From an uncultured Verrucomicrobiae bacterium (GTDB taxonomy: Bacteria; Verrucomicrobiota; Verrucomicrobiia; Limisphaerales; UBA11358): a stretch of 64,000 bases of DNA. Below the pieces are notes generated by a model, which saw only the letters and a program-made list of their open reading frames with translations, ran no database searches and was not told where the DNA came from. The stretch spans positions 79,440 through 143,439 of the forward strand of contig CAVUVT010000002.1 in the NCBI GenBank assembly GCA_963744965.1, written 5' to 3'. Shown piece after piece: positions 9,671 through 19,114 of the stretch. Within the stretch, counting starts at the first letter, position 1. The number at the start of each line of letters is the position of its first letter. The translations under genes were made by a program, and so were the position numbers.

Positions 9671-10471
9671 TTATTGGGTGGGAAATGTGACCGGCGCGTC
9701 GAGCAACTGGAATTTCGTCGCGTAGTTGCTGAAGGCCTCCGTGAATTCAGCGTTTTGCTGTTCGGTCAACGCCTGAATCTGTTTCTGCTGGTCGTTCCGG
9801 TTCTGAATGTCCTGCACCATTGCCGACGACGCAGCTTGATTCACCTCGTCATCGGTGCTGGCAAGGTCGGCATTCAGGCTGGTGAGCACACCATGCAACT
9901 TCTGGACTTCAGCATCCGTGGTGGCATTCTGAAGCTGCTGGGTCGTCTGTGCGATTTGGTTTTTAATGGTCGCGCGTCGTTTGGCCGCGTCGTCGGCAAC
10001 CGCGACAAAGTTGCTGGCGGAGTTGATGATGGCCGAAAACGGTTCGTATTGGTTGGCGGGCCGTTGGATGGTCTGGCCACGGGGCGTCTGGAAGCTCGTG
10101 CCCACGGTGGCGTAGATGCCAGCATCATCAAAGGTCAACGCAATGTTGCCGTTGGCATTGGCCACCAGATTTTCGAGATTCAGCCCCGGCTCAAGGCTTT
10201 TCAGGTCCGCGTCCAGCGGTGCAACCATTGACAGCACGACCTGGGACGGATTGCCGAACACGGCTTCATAATTCTTGAACTCGGTCAGTTGCGAGTCGAG
10301 CGTTTGAATTTGCTGCACCTGGTTTTCAATCATCTGGATGTATTTGGCGATGTCCTGCGCCTCATCAATTATCTGCTGCGAGTGCATCGCCGGGTCATAC
10401 ACGATCCACTGCGCGCGGGCGGAGAACGCCAGCGGCAGGGCGACTGCGATTATTGCGATTAGCTTTTTCAT
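9671..10471 (-). CDS. VirB5/TrbJ-like protein
   Basis: Signal peptide then AQWIVYDP; Q-rich helices. Confidence 0.75.
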   Translation of the reverse strand: MKKLIAIIAVALPLAFSARAQWIVYDPAMHSQQIIDEAQDIAKYIQMIENQVQQIQTLDSQLTEFKNYEAVFGNPSQVVLSMVAPLDADLKSLEPGLNLENLVANANGNIALTFDDAGIYATVGTSFQTPRGQTIQRPANQYEPFSAIINSASNFVAVADDAAKRRATIKNQIAQTTQQLQNATTDAEVQKLHGVLTSLNADLASTDDEVNQAASSAMVQDIQNRNDQQKQIQALTEQQNAEFTEAFSNYATKFQLLDAPVTFPTQ

Positions 10472-10501
10472 GTTTGTTATCCTTCCTTTGGTTGTTTGTT
10501 T

Positions 10502-10526
10502 ATTGGGTGCAGGCTCCGCCTGCTTA
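10502..10526 (-). repeat. 25-nt intergenic hairpin repeat, copy 1
   Basis: TAAGCAGGCGGAGCCTGCACCCAAT; 24/25 identical to 15809-15833. Confidence 0.85.
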
Positions 10527-10940
10527 TTGTTCAATGCGGAGAAATTGGGTGGTGGGCTGGAAAATCACGCCGTCTATCACTTGTTCGGGCAGATGCACTT
10601 CATAGAGCCGGACGCGGCCATTGTCACCGGCTTTGGCCTGCTGCATGGAAACATAAAGCCAATACTGCTGCTTGACCGCATCACTGCGGCCTTTGTCGTA
10701 GCCGGTCTGATAAGATTGGTCGTTCAGTTTGCCGTTGGCGTAATGGAGCGTTTCGCCAATGAGCGCGCCGCCCGCCGCGCCGCCGACAATGGCATAGGGA
10801 TTATTGTGGGACAGTTCCGCGCCAAGGGCCGCGCCGCCCGCGCCCAAGCCGACATCAGTGGCAGTCCGGGTCACAGCAGCGCAGCCCGTGAACAAGCAGG
10901 CGGCGCAAGCAAGGGGAACGATGAATAATATTTTTTTCAT
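10524..10940 (-). CDS. Glycine-zipper lipoprotein of the conjugation operon
   Basis: Lipobox FTGC; GAGGAALG..GGAAGGALIG. Confidence 0.75.
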   Translation of the reverse strand: MKKILFIVPLACAACLFTGCAAVTRTATDVGLGAGGAALGAELSHNNPYAIVGGAAGGALIGETLHYANGKLNDQSYQTGYDKGRSDAVKQQYWLYVSMQQAKAGDNGRVRLYEVHLPEQVIDGVIFQPTTQFLRIEQ

Positions 10941-11200
10941 AAGGTTGATGATTTTAGGGGGAATTCAGGAAATTTGATTTTATGAAGTGGGCGAATCTGG
11001 GCACAGATGGCTTCGCGATATTTCTTAAAAAATCTCACTTGGTTGAGAGCTTTTCTTGCGTCGTGTCTTGCGTCACGCAAAGCGACTTCAACATGTTCAA
11101 GTGCTGCGAAAAGTTCGGCCCATTTGGCTGCTTCTTCCGGCGTCAGTTCGACAACCAGGACGCCGTCACCCCCTCGTTCAGCTTTGCGTGTAGTGTTCAT
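10937..11200 (-). CDS. Hypothetical protein
   Basis: Co-oriented ORF, ATGA-coupled to the next gene. Confidence 0.55.
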   Translation of the reverse strand: MNTTRKAERGGDGVLVVELTPEEAAKWAELFAALEHVEVALRDARHDARKALNQVRFFKKYREAICAQIRPLHKIKFPEFPLKSSTL

Positions 11201-11209
11201 GTTATGGTT

Positions 11210-12067
11210 TTAGTTTCCGCACAGACCGTTGCATTCCTGGTAAAAGCCCAAAAATTCCTGCTCCCGCCGTGATTGGAGCGTGTCAATGGCGGCCTCGGCC
11301 AACGGCACGCACGAGCGATGCACATAGAGTTTTTGTTCAAAGTTCCGGTTGACGATGTTGCCGGGCGTCCGCAACGCCACGTCAATTTCCACGGCGCGTT
11401 GAAAACCAGCCGGGTCGTTGTCCCGCAGCCAGCGCCATTCATCATTGGAGTGATACGGACAGAACACGCACGCCGAGCGCGGCACTTCATGGGGAACGCC
11501 AAAGGCTTTCAGCCGCTGCTGGCACATGGCGCGGGTGATCTGCCGTTCAATCAATGGAAACACCGGCGTCGCCCAGGGAATTTCCGCATACCGCAGCCGC
11601 ACGCGCGCCGCGCGTCCCGCTTCATCAAAGCTGATGCCGAGATATTGCCGGACGTGAATTTCGTCGCGCGGAAACCACTGGCGCGGTTTCAAGCCGACGA
11701 TTTCATGGCGGATGGCCTGTTCAATGACTTCCAATTTGTATTCCTTGGTGCATTGGCGGCGGACCATCCCTTTGGATGAACCCGGTTTGTCCGTAGTATA
11801 GGCGGGGATGCTGGCAAAACGCTGGCCGGTTGAATTGCGCCCGTGCTTCAAATCCTCTCCGAGCTTGCCGATGGAGCGCACCAGGATACGCGGGCCGTTC
11901 AAGGATTTGAGCCATTCTAAATGCCGATAAACAGGCGTCGGTTCCTCGCCAGTGTCGGCAAATATGGCGCAATCAATCTGCGGCGTCAGGTCGCCGCGCA
12001 TGAACATCAAGTAAAGCGTCGTGGACTGAACACCTGCACCGAGATTGAGGATGTGCAATTCTTTCAT
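11210..12067 (-). CDS. PAPS-reductase-like (adenine nucleotide alpha-hydrolase) protein
   Basis: LNLGAGVQST PP-loop-like motif, FADTGEE, RQCT, SACVFCPY; ATG overlaps the virB4 stop. Confidence 0.75.
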   Translation of the reverse strand: MKELHILNLGAGVQSTTLYLMFMRGDLTPQIDCAIFADTGEEPTPVYRHLEWLKSLNGPRILVRSIGKLGEDLKHGRNSTGQRFASIPAYTTDKPGSSKGMVRRQCTKEYKLEVIEQAIRHEIVGLKPRQWFPRDEIHVRQYLGISFDEAGRAARVRLRYAEIPWATPVFPLIERQITRAMCQQRLKAFGVPHEVPRSACVFCPYHSNDEWRWLRDNDPAGFQRAVEIDVALRTPGNIVNRNFEQKLYVHRSCVPLAEAAIDTLQSRREQEFLGFYQECNGLCGN

Positions 12068-14787
12068 GCTTCCTCCTTTTGTGGGTTGGCGTGGGCGATG
12101 ATGCCCTCGACGATGTTGGGACTCTGGCGCAGTTCGCGGGCGCGTTTGTCGAAATGCTCGCCACTGGAAGAACTGCAATAGAGCATCTCGCGCGACGAAA
12201 TGTTGTGAGCCGTGCCGCAAAGATTTCTGCCGGAGTCGGTGTGAAAATAAGTGAACGGAGAATACTTCTGGCCTGATTGATGGTCAGGCAATGGATAATT
12301 CATAATTGCGTGCTTGGTGACTTCCGGCAGCGCGATGTCCTGCGCCATGTCCTCCAAGTCCGCCCGGTCGTTCTGGCGCATGATGAAAAACTGGCGCGAG
12401 TTGCCGAACACGGCGGAACGGATGCGCGACTGTTTGAACCGTGCGTATTGCTGGACAATGGAAATGTTCCAGCAATTGAATTTCCGCAATTGGGCGTAAC
12501 TCTCTTGGACGATTTCCTGTCCGCCGGGAATGTCGAGAAAGCGGGCGACTTCCTCATACACGTTCCGCTTCCGCAGTGCGCGCGGCAGCGTGATGATGTG
12601 CTTGCGCGCGTGGTTCGTGATGAGGAAGCCCGCCGCCGCTTTCAGCTCCTTGGCGGATTCGGGGATGTAACCGAGTTCAAAGTGGGCAATTTTCCCGGTG
12701 AGCGACAAATTGCTCGTGCCATCGAACAAACAGCCATAGTTGCCGTCCCGACACCAGGGCAATATGAGCGTGGCAATTTCGATGATCTGGTCGCGTTCTG
12801 AACCCACCGGGTCGAGCATCATCAATTCCTGCAACATCCGGTGGGTCGGAAATTCCTCCGGCGTGAAGTAGGCGAAAGCGAGGTTGCGGACTTCGCGGCT
12901 GGTCTTGGGTTCTTTCAAGAACCGGAGCACGTCGCCTTCGTTAAACGCGGCGAGATACTCCATTGCCTCATTGAGGTGGCTGGCCTTCCAGTCTCGGAAG
13001 TCCGCAAAAGTTTCCAAAGTCGTTGCGCCCGGCGGCATCCGCTCGGTGCGGAATTTCTGCAACGCCAGCGCGTGCCGCGCGATGCCGAGCAACTGGTCGT
13101 GCCGTTTTTTCTGCCAGTCCTGAAATGAATCCTCGTAAAGCAGGTTCAGGTATTTGGCGATCTGCGCTTGCCGCAGCATTTGTTTGTCCTCCTGACTCGA
13201 TGTGCCAATCATGCGTGCGACAAGCGCAGTCGCGGCCGAAAGATGGTCGGGCGTGAGCGGCAATCCTTTGGTATCAAGATAATTGATGGTCAAATCGCCG
13301 TCGGGATGAATGATGATGGGCCGCGCACCTTCCTCAACCGTCTGCGTGTAGATGCCGTAGGACAAACCTTCTTCGATGATGACGGTGTAGGCGAAATAAC
13401 CTTCAGTCTGTGACAGCAAATCGCAAACGGTCACGGACTTGCCCGCGCCGCTCATGCCAAGCAATACGGCGTGTTGCGGCGACTGATTATCTTTCGAGCC
13501 GGAGAAAGTTTCCACGCCGATTAAATTATTGTTCGGGCCGTCGTAGATGGCCTCGGCAGTCTTCAGGTGGCCGGTGAATGTGCTGGTGACGGGCAGCATG
13601 TCGGCCAGGTATCGGTGTTCCGAATACAGTTTGCGATGCTCATACCGTCCCCATAACCAGCCCGGCCAGGTCTGGAAAAATAAATTTTTGGACGTGCTCG
13701 GCAGATTGCTCTCGAAATACTGCGCCGAATTCATCGAGTTGATGGCGTTCTTGATGGCGCCGGCCTTTGCGGTCAGGCCGTCCTTGCTCTTGTCCCAAAC
13801 CCGGATGACAAATACCGCATTGAAAGGAATGGTCTGCCCCTGCATGAGCGCGTGGATTTTTTTCTGCTTCTTTTCCATCACCGTGAGCAGCGAGATTTTC
13901 TTTTCACTGGCGTAATCGCCGGCCACGCGGTCATGTTCCTTTTCCTCTTTGTTGATTTCCTGGGTGATGGGCAGCGGGTCAATGTTGACGGTGATGGTGT
14001 AGTCCAGCAGCCGGAGATTGGTGAGGCGTTGGATGATGCCCGGATACGTCGTGCGCGGCCAGCGGGTCAGCGTGATGACGGAGTGATAATGGCCGTCCAA
14101 GTAGAAGCCAAAATCACTTTGGCCGTTGCCCTCGCTGTGCCAGCAATTCTCCTGAATCGAAAGTTCCGGCAGAAAATCCTGGGCTGCGTCAAAGTCAAAT
14201 CGGTCGGCCAGCGACGGATTTAAGAACTGTTTGTAATGCTTGAAATGGTCAACGTTGTTCATCGGCAACACGCGCGTGCCGGTGCTGGCGAAAATGTCCA
14301 TTAACAGTTGGTGAGCGTGCTCAAACTCGCCCCGCAACTGGTCGAGGATCGTCAAGTAATACTCGCGGAGCGCGGTGTCGCCCGAAAGCAGCTTGGGCGT
14401 GTTCTCCAAGGGCCGCGAAATGTAAAGGATCACGCGCTGCCGCCGCAGCTTGCGTTCGACCATTGCCTGCCAGTAACGCACGAACCGCTCGTTACGCGAA
14501 CGCTTCGTCCAAGTGTTCTCAAATTTTTCCGTCTCCTGCTGAAACCGGAGCAATTCGGCTTTGTAGTCCGAATCGGAAAAGTATTGGATTTGCAGCCGTT
14601 GATTTTCGTGCAATGAAGCCAGCAACAAACAGAGTTGTTCCTGAAATTCGTTCAGGTCGGCAATCGGACTGTTGGTGAGGTCGGGGGCTTCAAAGACAAA
14701 GCCTTTGGCGATGTAACCGCCACGCCGGAGCGAATTGAACAAAATCAAGTCGTTCACAAAGAATCCATTGGGAGCGCGTTCAAACAT
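12064..14787 (-). CDS. virB4: VirB4-family T4SS ATPase
   Basis: Walker A GMSGAGKS, YEEVARF, QLRKFN; 907 aa. Confidence 0.88.
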   Translation of the reverse strand: MFERAPNGFFVNDLILFNSLRRGGYIAKGFVFEAPDLTNSPIADLNEFQEQLCLLLASLHENQRLQIQYFSDSDYKAELLRFQQETEKFENTWTKRSRNERFVRYWQAMVERKLRRQRVILYISRPLENTPKLLSGDTALREYYLTILDQLRGEFEHAHQLLMDIFASTGTRVLPMNNVDHFKHYKQFLNPSLADRFDFDAAQDFLPELSIQENCWHSEGNGQSDFGFYLDGHYHSVITLTRWPRTTYPGIIQRLTNLRLLDYTITVNIDPLPITQEINKEEKEHDRVAGDYASEKKISLLTVMEKKQKKIHALMQGQTIPFNAVFVIRVWDKSKDGLTAKAGAIKNAINSMNSAQYFESNLPSTSKNLFFQTWPGWLWGRYEHRKLYSEHRYLADMLPVTSTFTGHLKTAEAIYDGPNNNLIGVETFSGSKDNQSPQHAVLLGMSGAGKSVTVCDLLSQTEGYFAYTVIIEEGLSYGIYTQTVEEGARPIIIHPDGDLTINYLDTKGLPLTPDHLSAATALVARMIGTSSQEDKQMLRQAQIAKYLNLLYEDSFQDWQKKRHDQLLGIARHALALQKFRTERMPPGATTLETFADFRDWKASHLNEAMEYLAAFNEGDVLRFLKEPKTSREVRNLAFAYFTPEEFPTHRMLQELMMLDPVGSERDQIIEIATLILPWCRDGNYGCLFDGTSNLSLTGKIAHFELGYIPESAKELKAAAGFLITNHARKHIITLPRALRKRNVYEEVARFLDIPGGQEIVQESYAQLRKFNCWNISIVQQYARFKQSRIRSAVFGNSRQFFIMRQNDRADLEDMAQDIALPEVTKHAIMNYPLPDHQSGQKYSPFTYFHTDSGRNLCGTAHNISSREMLYCSSSSGEHFDKRARELRQSPNIVEGIIAHANPQKEEA

Positions 14788-14790
14788 AAA

Positions 14791-15069
14791 TCAAATGCGT
14801 TGGGATTTGCCGTGCGTGGCCGCGTCCATCATCTGTTGAACACGGATTAAATCGTTCACCAGTTGTTCAACGGTGCGGGCGCGGTTGATTTCGTTGATGG
14901 CGATGCAGGCTTCCTGAATGTGCGCCCGCGCCCGTTCCATGTGCGCGCGGGCGGTGCTGCCGAAACCATGCGTATGCAGGCCAGTGCGCAATGCGGCTTC
15001 GGCGGCGTTGAGCTGGCCGAGCAATGCCTCCCGTTGACTTTCAATCGTTTTAAGTTCTTCGGAGTTCAT
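14791..15069 (-). CDS. Small coiled-coil hypothetical protein
   Basis: TGATG coupling with the upstream gene. Confidence 0.6.
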   Translation of the reverse strand: MNSEELKTIESQREALLGQLNAAEAALRTGLHTHGFGSTARAHMERARAHIQEACIAINEINRARTVEQLVNDLIRVQQMMDAATHGKSQRI

Positions 15070-15470
15070 CACAAGGCAAGGTTTGCGGGGCGTGGAACGA
15101 TGACGATTTCGGACACCCACGGCTCGCCAATCATCAGCGTGCCGAGATATTTTTCGGCGTGGACACGCTTGACGCGCCCCTGCATCAACGGATCGAGCAT
15201 CAGTTCGAGCCGCCAGCCGAAAAGCAAAGCGACGCGGGTCTCGAAAACCAGGATGAGCATATCCGTGGGCGAAGTTTTTTTGTCGTCCGAATCAGGGTTG
15301 TTGCTCAAGCTGAAAAATTCCAACTGCCGGAAGGGAATTCCCCAAAGCCGATGATGGGTGATAAATTCGATGAACACCGGGCGCAATGGAATGATTTCCA
15401 CCGAACCATTAAACTGCGGTTTGTCCGGCGACGGCCGGTTTGATTGGGAGTGTGATTTTTCAGATTTCAT
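15069..15470 (-). CDS. Hypothetical ICE protein (weakly similar to 49884-50237)
   Basis: Coupled on both sides within the operon. Confidence 0.65.
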   Translation of the reverse strand: MKSEKSHSQSNRPSPDKPQFNGSVEIIPLRPVFIEFITHHRLWGIPFRQLEFFSLSNNPDSDDKKTSPTDMLILVFETRVALLFGWRLELMLDPLMQGRVKRVHAEKYLGTLMIGEPWVSEIVIVPRPANLAL

Positions 15471-15796
15471 AGAAGCGGATGAGTGCAGGAACGGTGAACT
15501 TCGGGGCTGAAGCCGCGTCCCGTCGTGGCGTATTCAAAAATGTCACGGTCGTAACCGGGCGGTTTGCCCTGCCGCAATCCGAAGATGTAAGCGAGGCAAA
15601 CCAGCACCGGCATGAGCGCCACAAGGAAGGATACGGTGAGCGACGAACCAATGACGACGAGCAACACAAAGAACAGGGTGATGCCCGCGCCGATGCCCGC
15701 CACCAACCACCAAAAGAGACCGCCTTCCAATCCCCAGGTGCGTCCCTTGGAATCGGATGCGGCGTTGGTGTCGGTCAATCGAAGTTCGGCTTTCAT
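15467..15796 (-). CDS. VirB3-like membrane protein
   Basis: Two TMs, GKPPGY; lies between pilin and virB4. Confidence 0.6.
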   Translation of the reverse strand: MKAELRLTDTNAASDSKGRTWGLEGGLFWWLVAGIGAGITLFFVLLVVIGSSLTVSFLVALMPVLVCLAYIFGLRQGKPPGYDRDIFEYATTGRGFSPEVHRSCTHPLL

Positions 15797-15808
15797 GTTC
15801 GATAAATA

Positions 15809-15833
15809 ATTGGGTGCAGGCTCCACCTGCTTA
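15809..15833 (-). repeat. 25-nt intergenic hairpin repeat, copy 2
   Basis: TAAGCAGGTGGAGCCTGCACCCAAT. Confidence 0.85.
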
Positions 15834-16187
15834 AAAGTTGCCGACGCCAACGGCGCTATTGGAATCCAGCCCGAAGATTTTGTAGAAGGCGAAGACGATG
15901 GCCGGAGCCGCCGCGATAATCGCGCCGCCGATGATGGACATCTTGCCCTGGTCCACGTCGCCGCGCCGGATGGCAAAACCACCGTAGATGACAGCAAAAA
16001 TGCCAAGCACGAAGCCGAACATCATGATGACGGCAAGGCTGTTGCTGAGGCCGGTTTTCAAGTCGGTGGAATTGAAGGTCGTGCTTTGCGCGAAGGCGGG
16101 CAGGACGTTGAGCGCGAGCAAGGCCGCGACGGTGAACACGGAGCGCATACGCGCACGGACTTTTTTTTGAACGAATAGCTTTTTCAT
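15831..16187 (-). CDS. VirB2/TrbC-like pilin
   Basis: Long signal peptide (PAFA|Q), two hydrophobic helices, first gene of the operon. Confidence 0.75.
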   Translation of the reverse strand: MKKLFVQKKVRARMRSVFTVAALLALNVLPAFAQSTTFNSTDLKTGLSNSLAVIMMFGFVLGIFAVIYGGFAIRRGDVDQGKMSIIGGAIIAAAPAIVFAFYKIFGLDSNSAVGVGNF

Positions 16188-16260
16188 ATCTTGAGTTTTT
16201 TATTTTCGCGGCGGATTCTTCCGCCGATTGACGCGCCCATCTTTTCACTTCTTGAAACGC

Positions 16261-16285
16261 GCTTTGTTCCATTTTGGAACAAAAT
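16261..16285. promoter_or_regulatory. Palindromic operator, copy 1
   Basis: GCTTTGTTCCATTTTGGAACAAAAT, identical to 47053-47077; 9-bp arms. Confidence 0.8.
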
Positions 16286-16315
16286 GAAAAAGTCTTTTGG
16301 GCACGATGGAAGGCC

Positions 16316-17227
16316 ATGAATACAACGACTTTTGATGCCCAAAAACTCGAACGCCTCCGCAAAGTGGAAGGCATCTTGCGAAAAGAAATTCGCGGACAGA
16401 ACCAAGTGCTGCCGCGCGTGGTCTCCGTGGTGCAACGCGGCGAATTAAGTCTGACCAAGCCCGCCCGTCCGCGCGGCAGCTTTCTACTGCTCGGACCTAC
16501 TGGCGTGGGAAAAACGGAAACGGTCGTAGTTCTGACAAATCAGATTTTTGGTGCGGAAAAACTTTTCCGTTTCGATATGTCGGAGTTTCAAACGCAGGAA
16601 TCTTTGGGTCTGCTGCTCGGTGCGCGGCTTGGGGAAGCTGGCTACCTGGGCGCGGTGCGCGAACGCGCCGCCGAAGGATCGCTGTTGTTCGACGAAGCGG
16701 AAAAGGCGCATCCGCGCGTCTTGGACATTTTATTGCAACTGCTCGATGCCGCGCGTATCACGGTGGCGACGGGACAGACTTTGGATTTCAGCGGGTTTTA
16801 TGTGTGGCTGACTTCCAATATCGGTTCTGCCGAATTGATGACCCTGCAACATTCCAATGACGCAACCTTGGAACGCCATGTCCTTTCACGCGCACAGCAA
16901 GCCCTGCGTCCCGAAATTTTCGCCCGTATCACTGAAAAACTCGTGTTCGGTCGCTTGAGCTATGAACACCAGTTGGAAATTGCCGAAAAGTTTTTGTCGC
17001 GTGAAATCGAGTTTCTCGCCGCACGCGGGCACACGTTGGAATTGGACAAATCCGTTTTGCCGTTTCTTGTGCGGAAAGGCTTTCATCCCAAACTCGGTGC
17101 GCGCCCGATGCGCGACGCCGTTGAAAAACAGATCGGCGATGCTCTGGCCGAGCATCTGCTCGCCGGGAAAAATTCCGGCGGCATGTTGCAAGTGGATGAA
17201 TCCCGCGATTGTCTCATTGTCCGTTGA
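16316..17227 (+). CDS. Stand-alone ClpB-D2-type AAA+ ATPase
   Basis: IRGQ, LLGPTGVGKTE, RFDMSEF, LLFDEAEKAHP, LTSNIGS, GARPMR. Confidence 0.88.
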   Translation: MNTTTFDAQKLERLRKVEGILRKEIRGQNQVLPRVVSVVQRGELSLTKPARPRGSFLLLGPTGVGKTETVVVLTNQIFGAEKLFRFDMSEFQTQESLGLLLGARLGEAGYLGAVRERAAEGSLLFDEAEKAHPRVLDILLQLLDAARITVATGQTLDFSGFYVWLTSNIGSAELMTLQHSNDATLERHVLSRAQQALRPEIFARITEKLVFGRLSYEHQLEIAEKFLSREIEFLAARGHTLELDKSVLPFLVRKGFHPKLGARPMRDAVEKQIGDALAEHLLAGKNSGGMLQVDESRDCLIVR

Positions 17228-17507
17228 ACAACCTCTTGATGGCGGCGCGTTGCCGCCGCGCGGCCAGTCGCGCCGCCTTCGCCGCCTTGCGCTCGCACAA
17301 TTTTTCCATGCGAATTTTGTCGGCCTTGCTGCGCTTCATCCACCAAAGCACGTCGTAGATTCGGGCTGTGTCTTTGGTGCGACAGCCAAACTCGCGGATG
17401 CTGATAAGGTCGCCCCGCTCAAATGCGGCAACCAATTTGCGGGCGCGTTTCCCATAGCCGTAGGTTTCTACGGTCACGCGCCGGATGGTTTTTGTAATCG
17501 GTGTCAT
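17214..17507 (-). CDS. Small basic hypothetical protein
   Basis: ATGA-coupled to the upstream ORF. Confidence 0.6.
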   Translation of the reverse strand: MTPITKTIRRVTVETYGYGKRARKLVAAFERGDLISIREFGCRTKDTARIYDVLWWMKRSKADKIRMEKLCERKAAKAARLAARRQRAAIKRLFNGQ

Positions 17508-18113
17508 AACGCGAAATCAATTTGTTGAGGTTGAGTGGCGGGGTCGGATTCGCCCGCGAGCAAGTGGCGCATTTCCTCCTGTGTGCGTGGCATCGCCCGC
17601 GCGCCACATTCAGCCAGTTCTTTGAATCGCGCCGTGTGCCCGTTCTCTGACTGGAGATCAAGTCGGTTGCCGACAAATTCCGTATAGGTGCAATGCGCGG
17701 CAAACAATCCGCCATCGGCATACAAGACGCGGCACAAATGACGCCATTCGTCAATCGTTGGCTCGGACGCGGCGAAAAGGACTTTCGCTCCGAGTTTGAA
17801 AACCTTCCCCTTTGTAGGCCGCTTCGCGCCCCTCATACGAATACGGGACGTTCTCCGCGCCGTGATACTCGTCGGGCGTGATGAGCGGGTAACAGTTGAC
17901 TTCGGCAGCAATGTATTTCGAGTAATTGCAACCACAGTTGGTGAACAATCGTCCCTCGTGCGTGAACACGCTGATTTTTGGAAACGTGTCCGCGCAGTAG
18001 GCGGCGGCGATGTCGCCTTCGGGCACGCGCCAGAGGCCGCTGGAAAATCGCCGCCAATGGGTGACGATGCGCTGGGACGCCGGAGTAATTTTGACCGATG
18101 ATGTTGAGTTCAT
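17504..18113 (-). pseudogene. Hypothetical gene split by a +1 frameshift near 17807-17810
   Basis: ..EAAYKG continues as KVFKLGAKV.. in the next frame across a G4 run. Confidence 0.55.
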
Positions 18114-18178
18114 AATGTCCATTTGTTTGTGCTCGCGCAGCGACAGGTGTGCGCGATGAAAACCTAAAGGCGAGGCTC

Positions 18179-18273
18179 TGGCGCTGGCGGAAAGGTCAAG
18201 GAGGAACGGAAGCGGCGAGTCCTGTTTGAGCCGACCCGTAGTATCCTTTACCTTTCCGCCAACGCCATATAAT
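18179..18273. promoter_or_regulatory. Frpo/ssi-like hairpin (candidate ssDNA promoter)
   Basis: 24-bp arms (22/24) carrying TTGACC/TTTACC, with TATAAT next to the right arm. Confidence 0.5.
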
Positions 18274-18428
18274 TGCCCCGCCTTTTCATCGCTGCGAAAG
18301 CGGGCAGCATCCCGCTGTATGGGTTGGAACTGAGAATCGCCCAGGGAGTGACTACTCAACAAATTAAGAATTGAATTGGTGAATAAAAAAATTGTCATTC
18401 ATGGGACTCGCTTTCATACTTCGCCATT

Positions 18429-18836
18429 ATGCTCAAGCGATGGAAGGTCGCGGTTGCCCTGATAATTGTTTTTCTTGCCGGAATGTTCAACGCACTGGCT
18501 GGCGGGCCGGCTCATCGTTCCGGCATTGCCGGACAGGTTTTGCTTGTGCAATTTCTTGTCCCCGGCTCTCCAGTTTCGCCGGCTGTGCCGCTGCAAGTCA
18601 CGCTTTTGGCCTTTGCCAAAGAAGGTCGTCATTTCCGTTTGATTGGAAAATTTGAGACGGCACAAGACGGAACATTCTCGGTCGCGTTGCCGCCGGGGAC
18701 TTACATTGTTGAACCTGATCCGTTGTCGGGATATGAAGGCATCGGCCAATTGCAAGTCACGGTAGTTCCGCGACAGGTTATATTTGACGAGATTGGTGTC
18801 ATCAGTGGGGGCGGTTTAGGCATGTTCCCGAATTGA
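18429..18836 (+). CDS. Secreted protein, carboxypeptidase-regulatory-like beta-sandwich
   Basis: Signal peptide; GIAGQV..DGTFSVALPPGTY. Confidence 0.65.
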   Translation: MLKRWKVAVALIIVFLAGMFNALAGGPAHRSGIAGQVLLVQFLVPGSPVSPAVPLQVTLLAFAKEGRHFRLIGKFETAQDGTFSVALPPGTYIVEPDPLSGYEGIGQLQVTVVPRQVIFDEIGVISGGGLGMFPN

Positions 18837-19114
18837 TTGAACCTTCGGAATTATCTTCGCGTCCAATCCCGCGTCGCTTCGGGTTGAACCCGCTTCGGTC
18901 GGCAATCGGGGAGCGGGAAGTGGAGCGTGGCGTAGAGACGATATTAGGAACGGAGCCAGCGCGCAACGCCGCTCGCCGATTGCTGACGGAAGCGAACGCC
19001 ACTGCGTTTTCAATTTTCACGCAAGGGACGAGCGGGCGGGAAATGACGGAAGGCGGACCGGAGCGATTTGAGCGAGGCCGCCGTGTCAGTTCCCGCCCGT
19101 TGGTCCCGGCGGCT

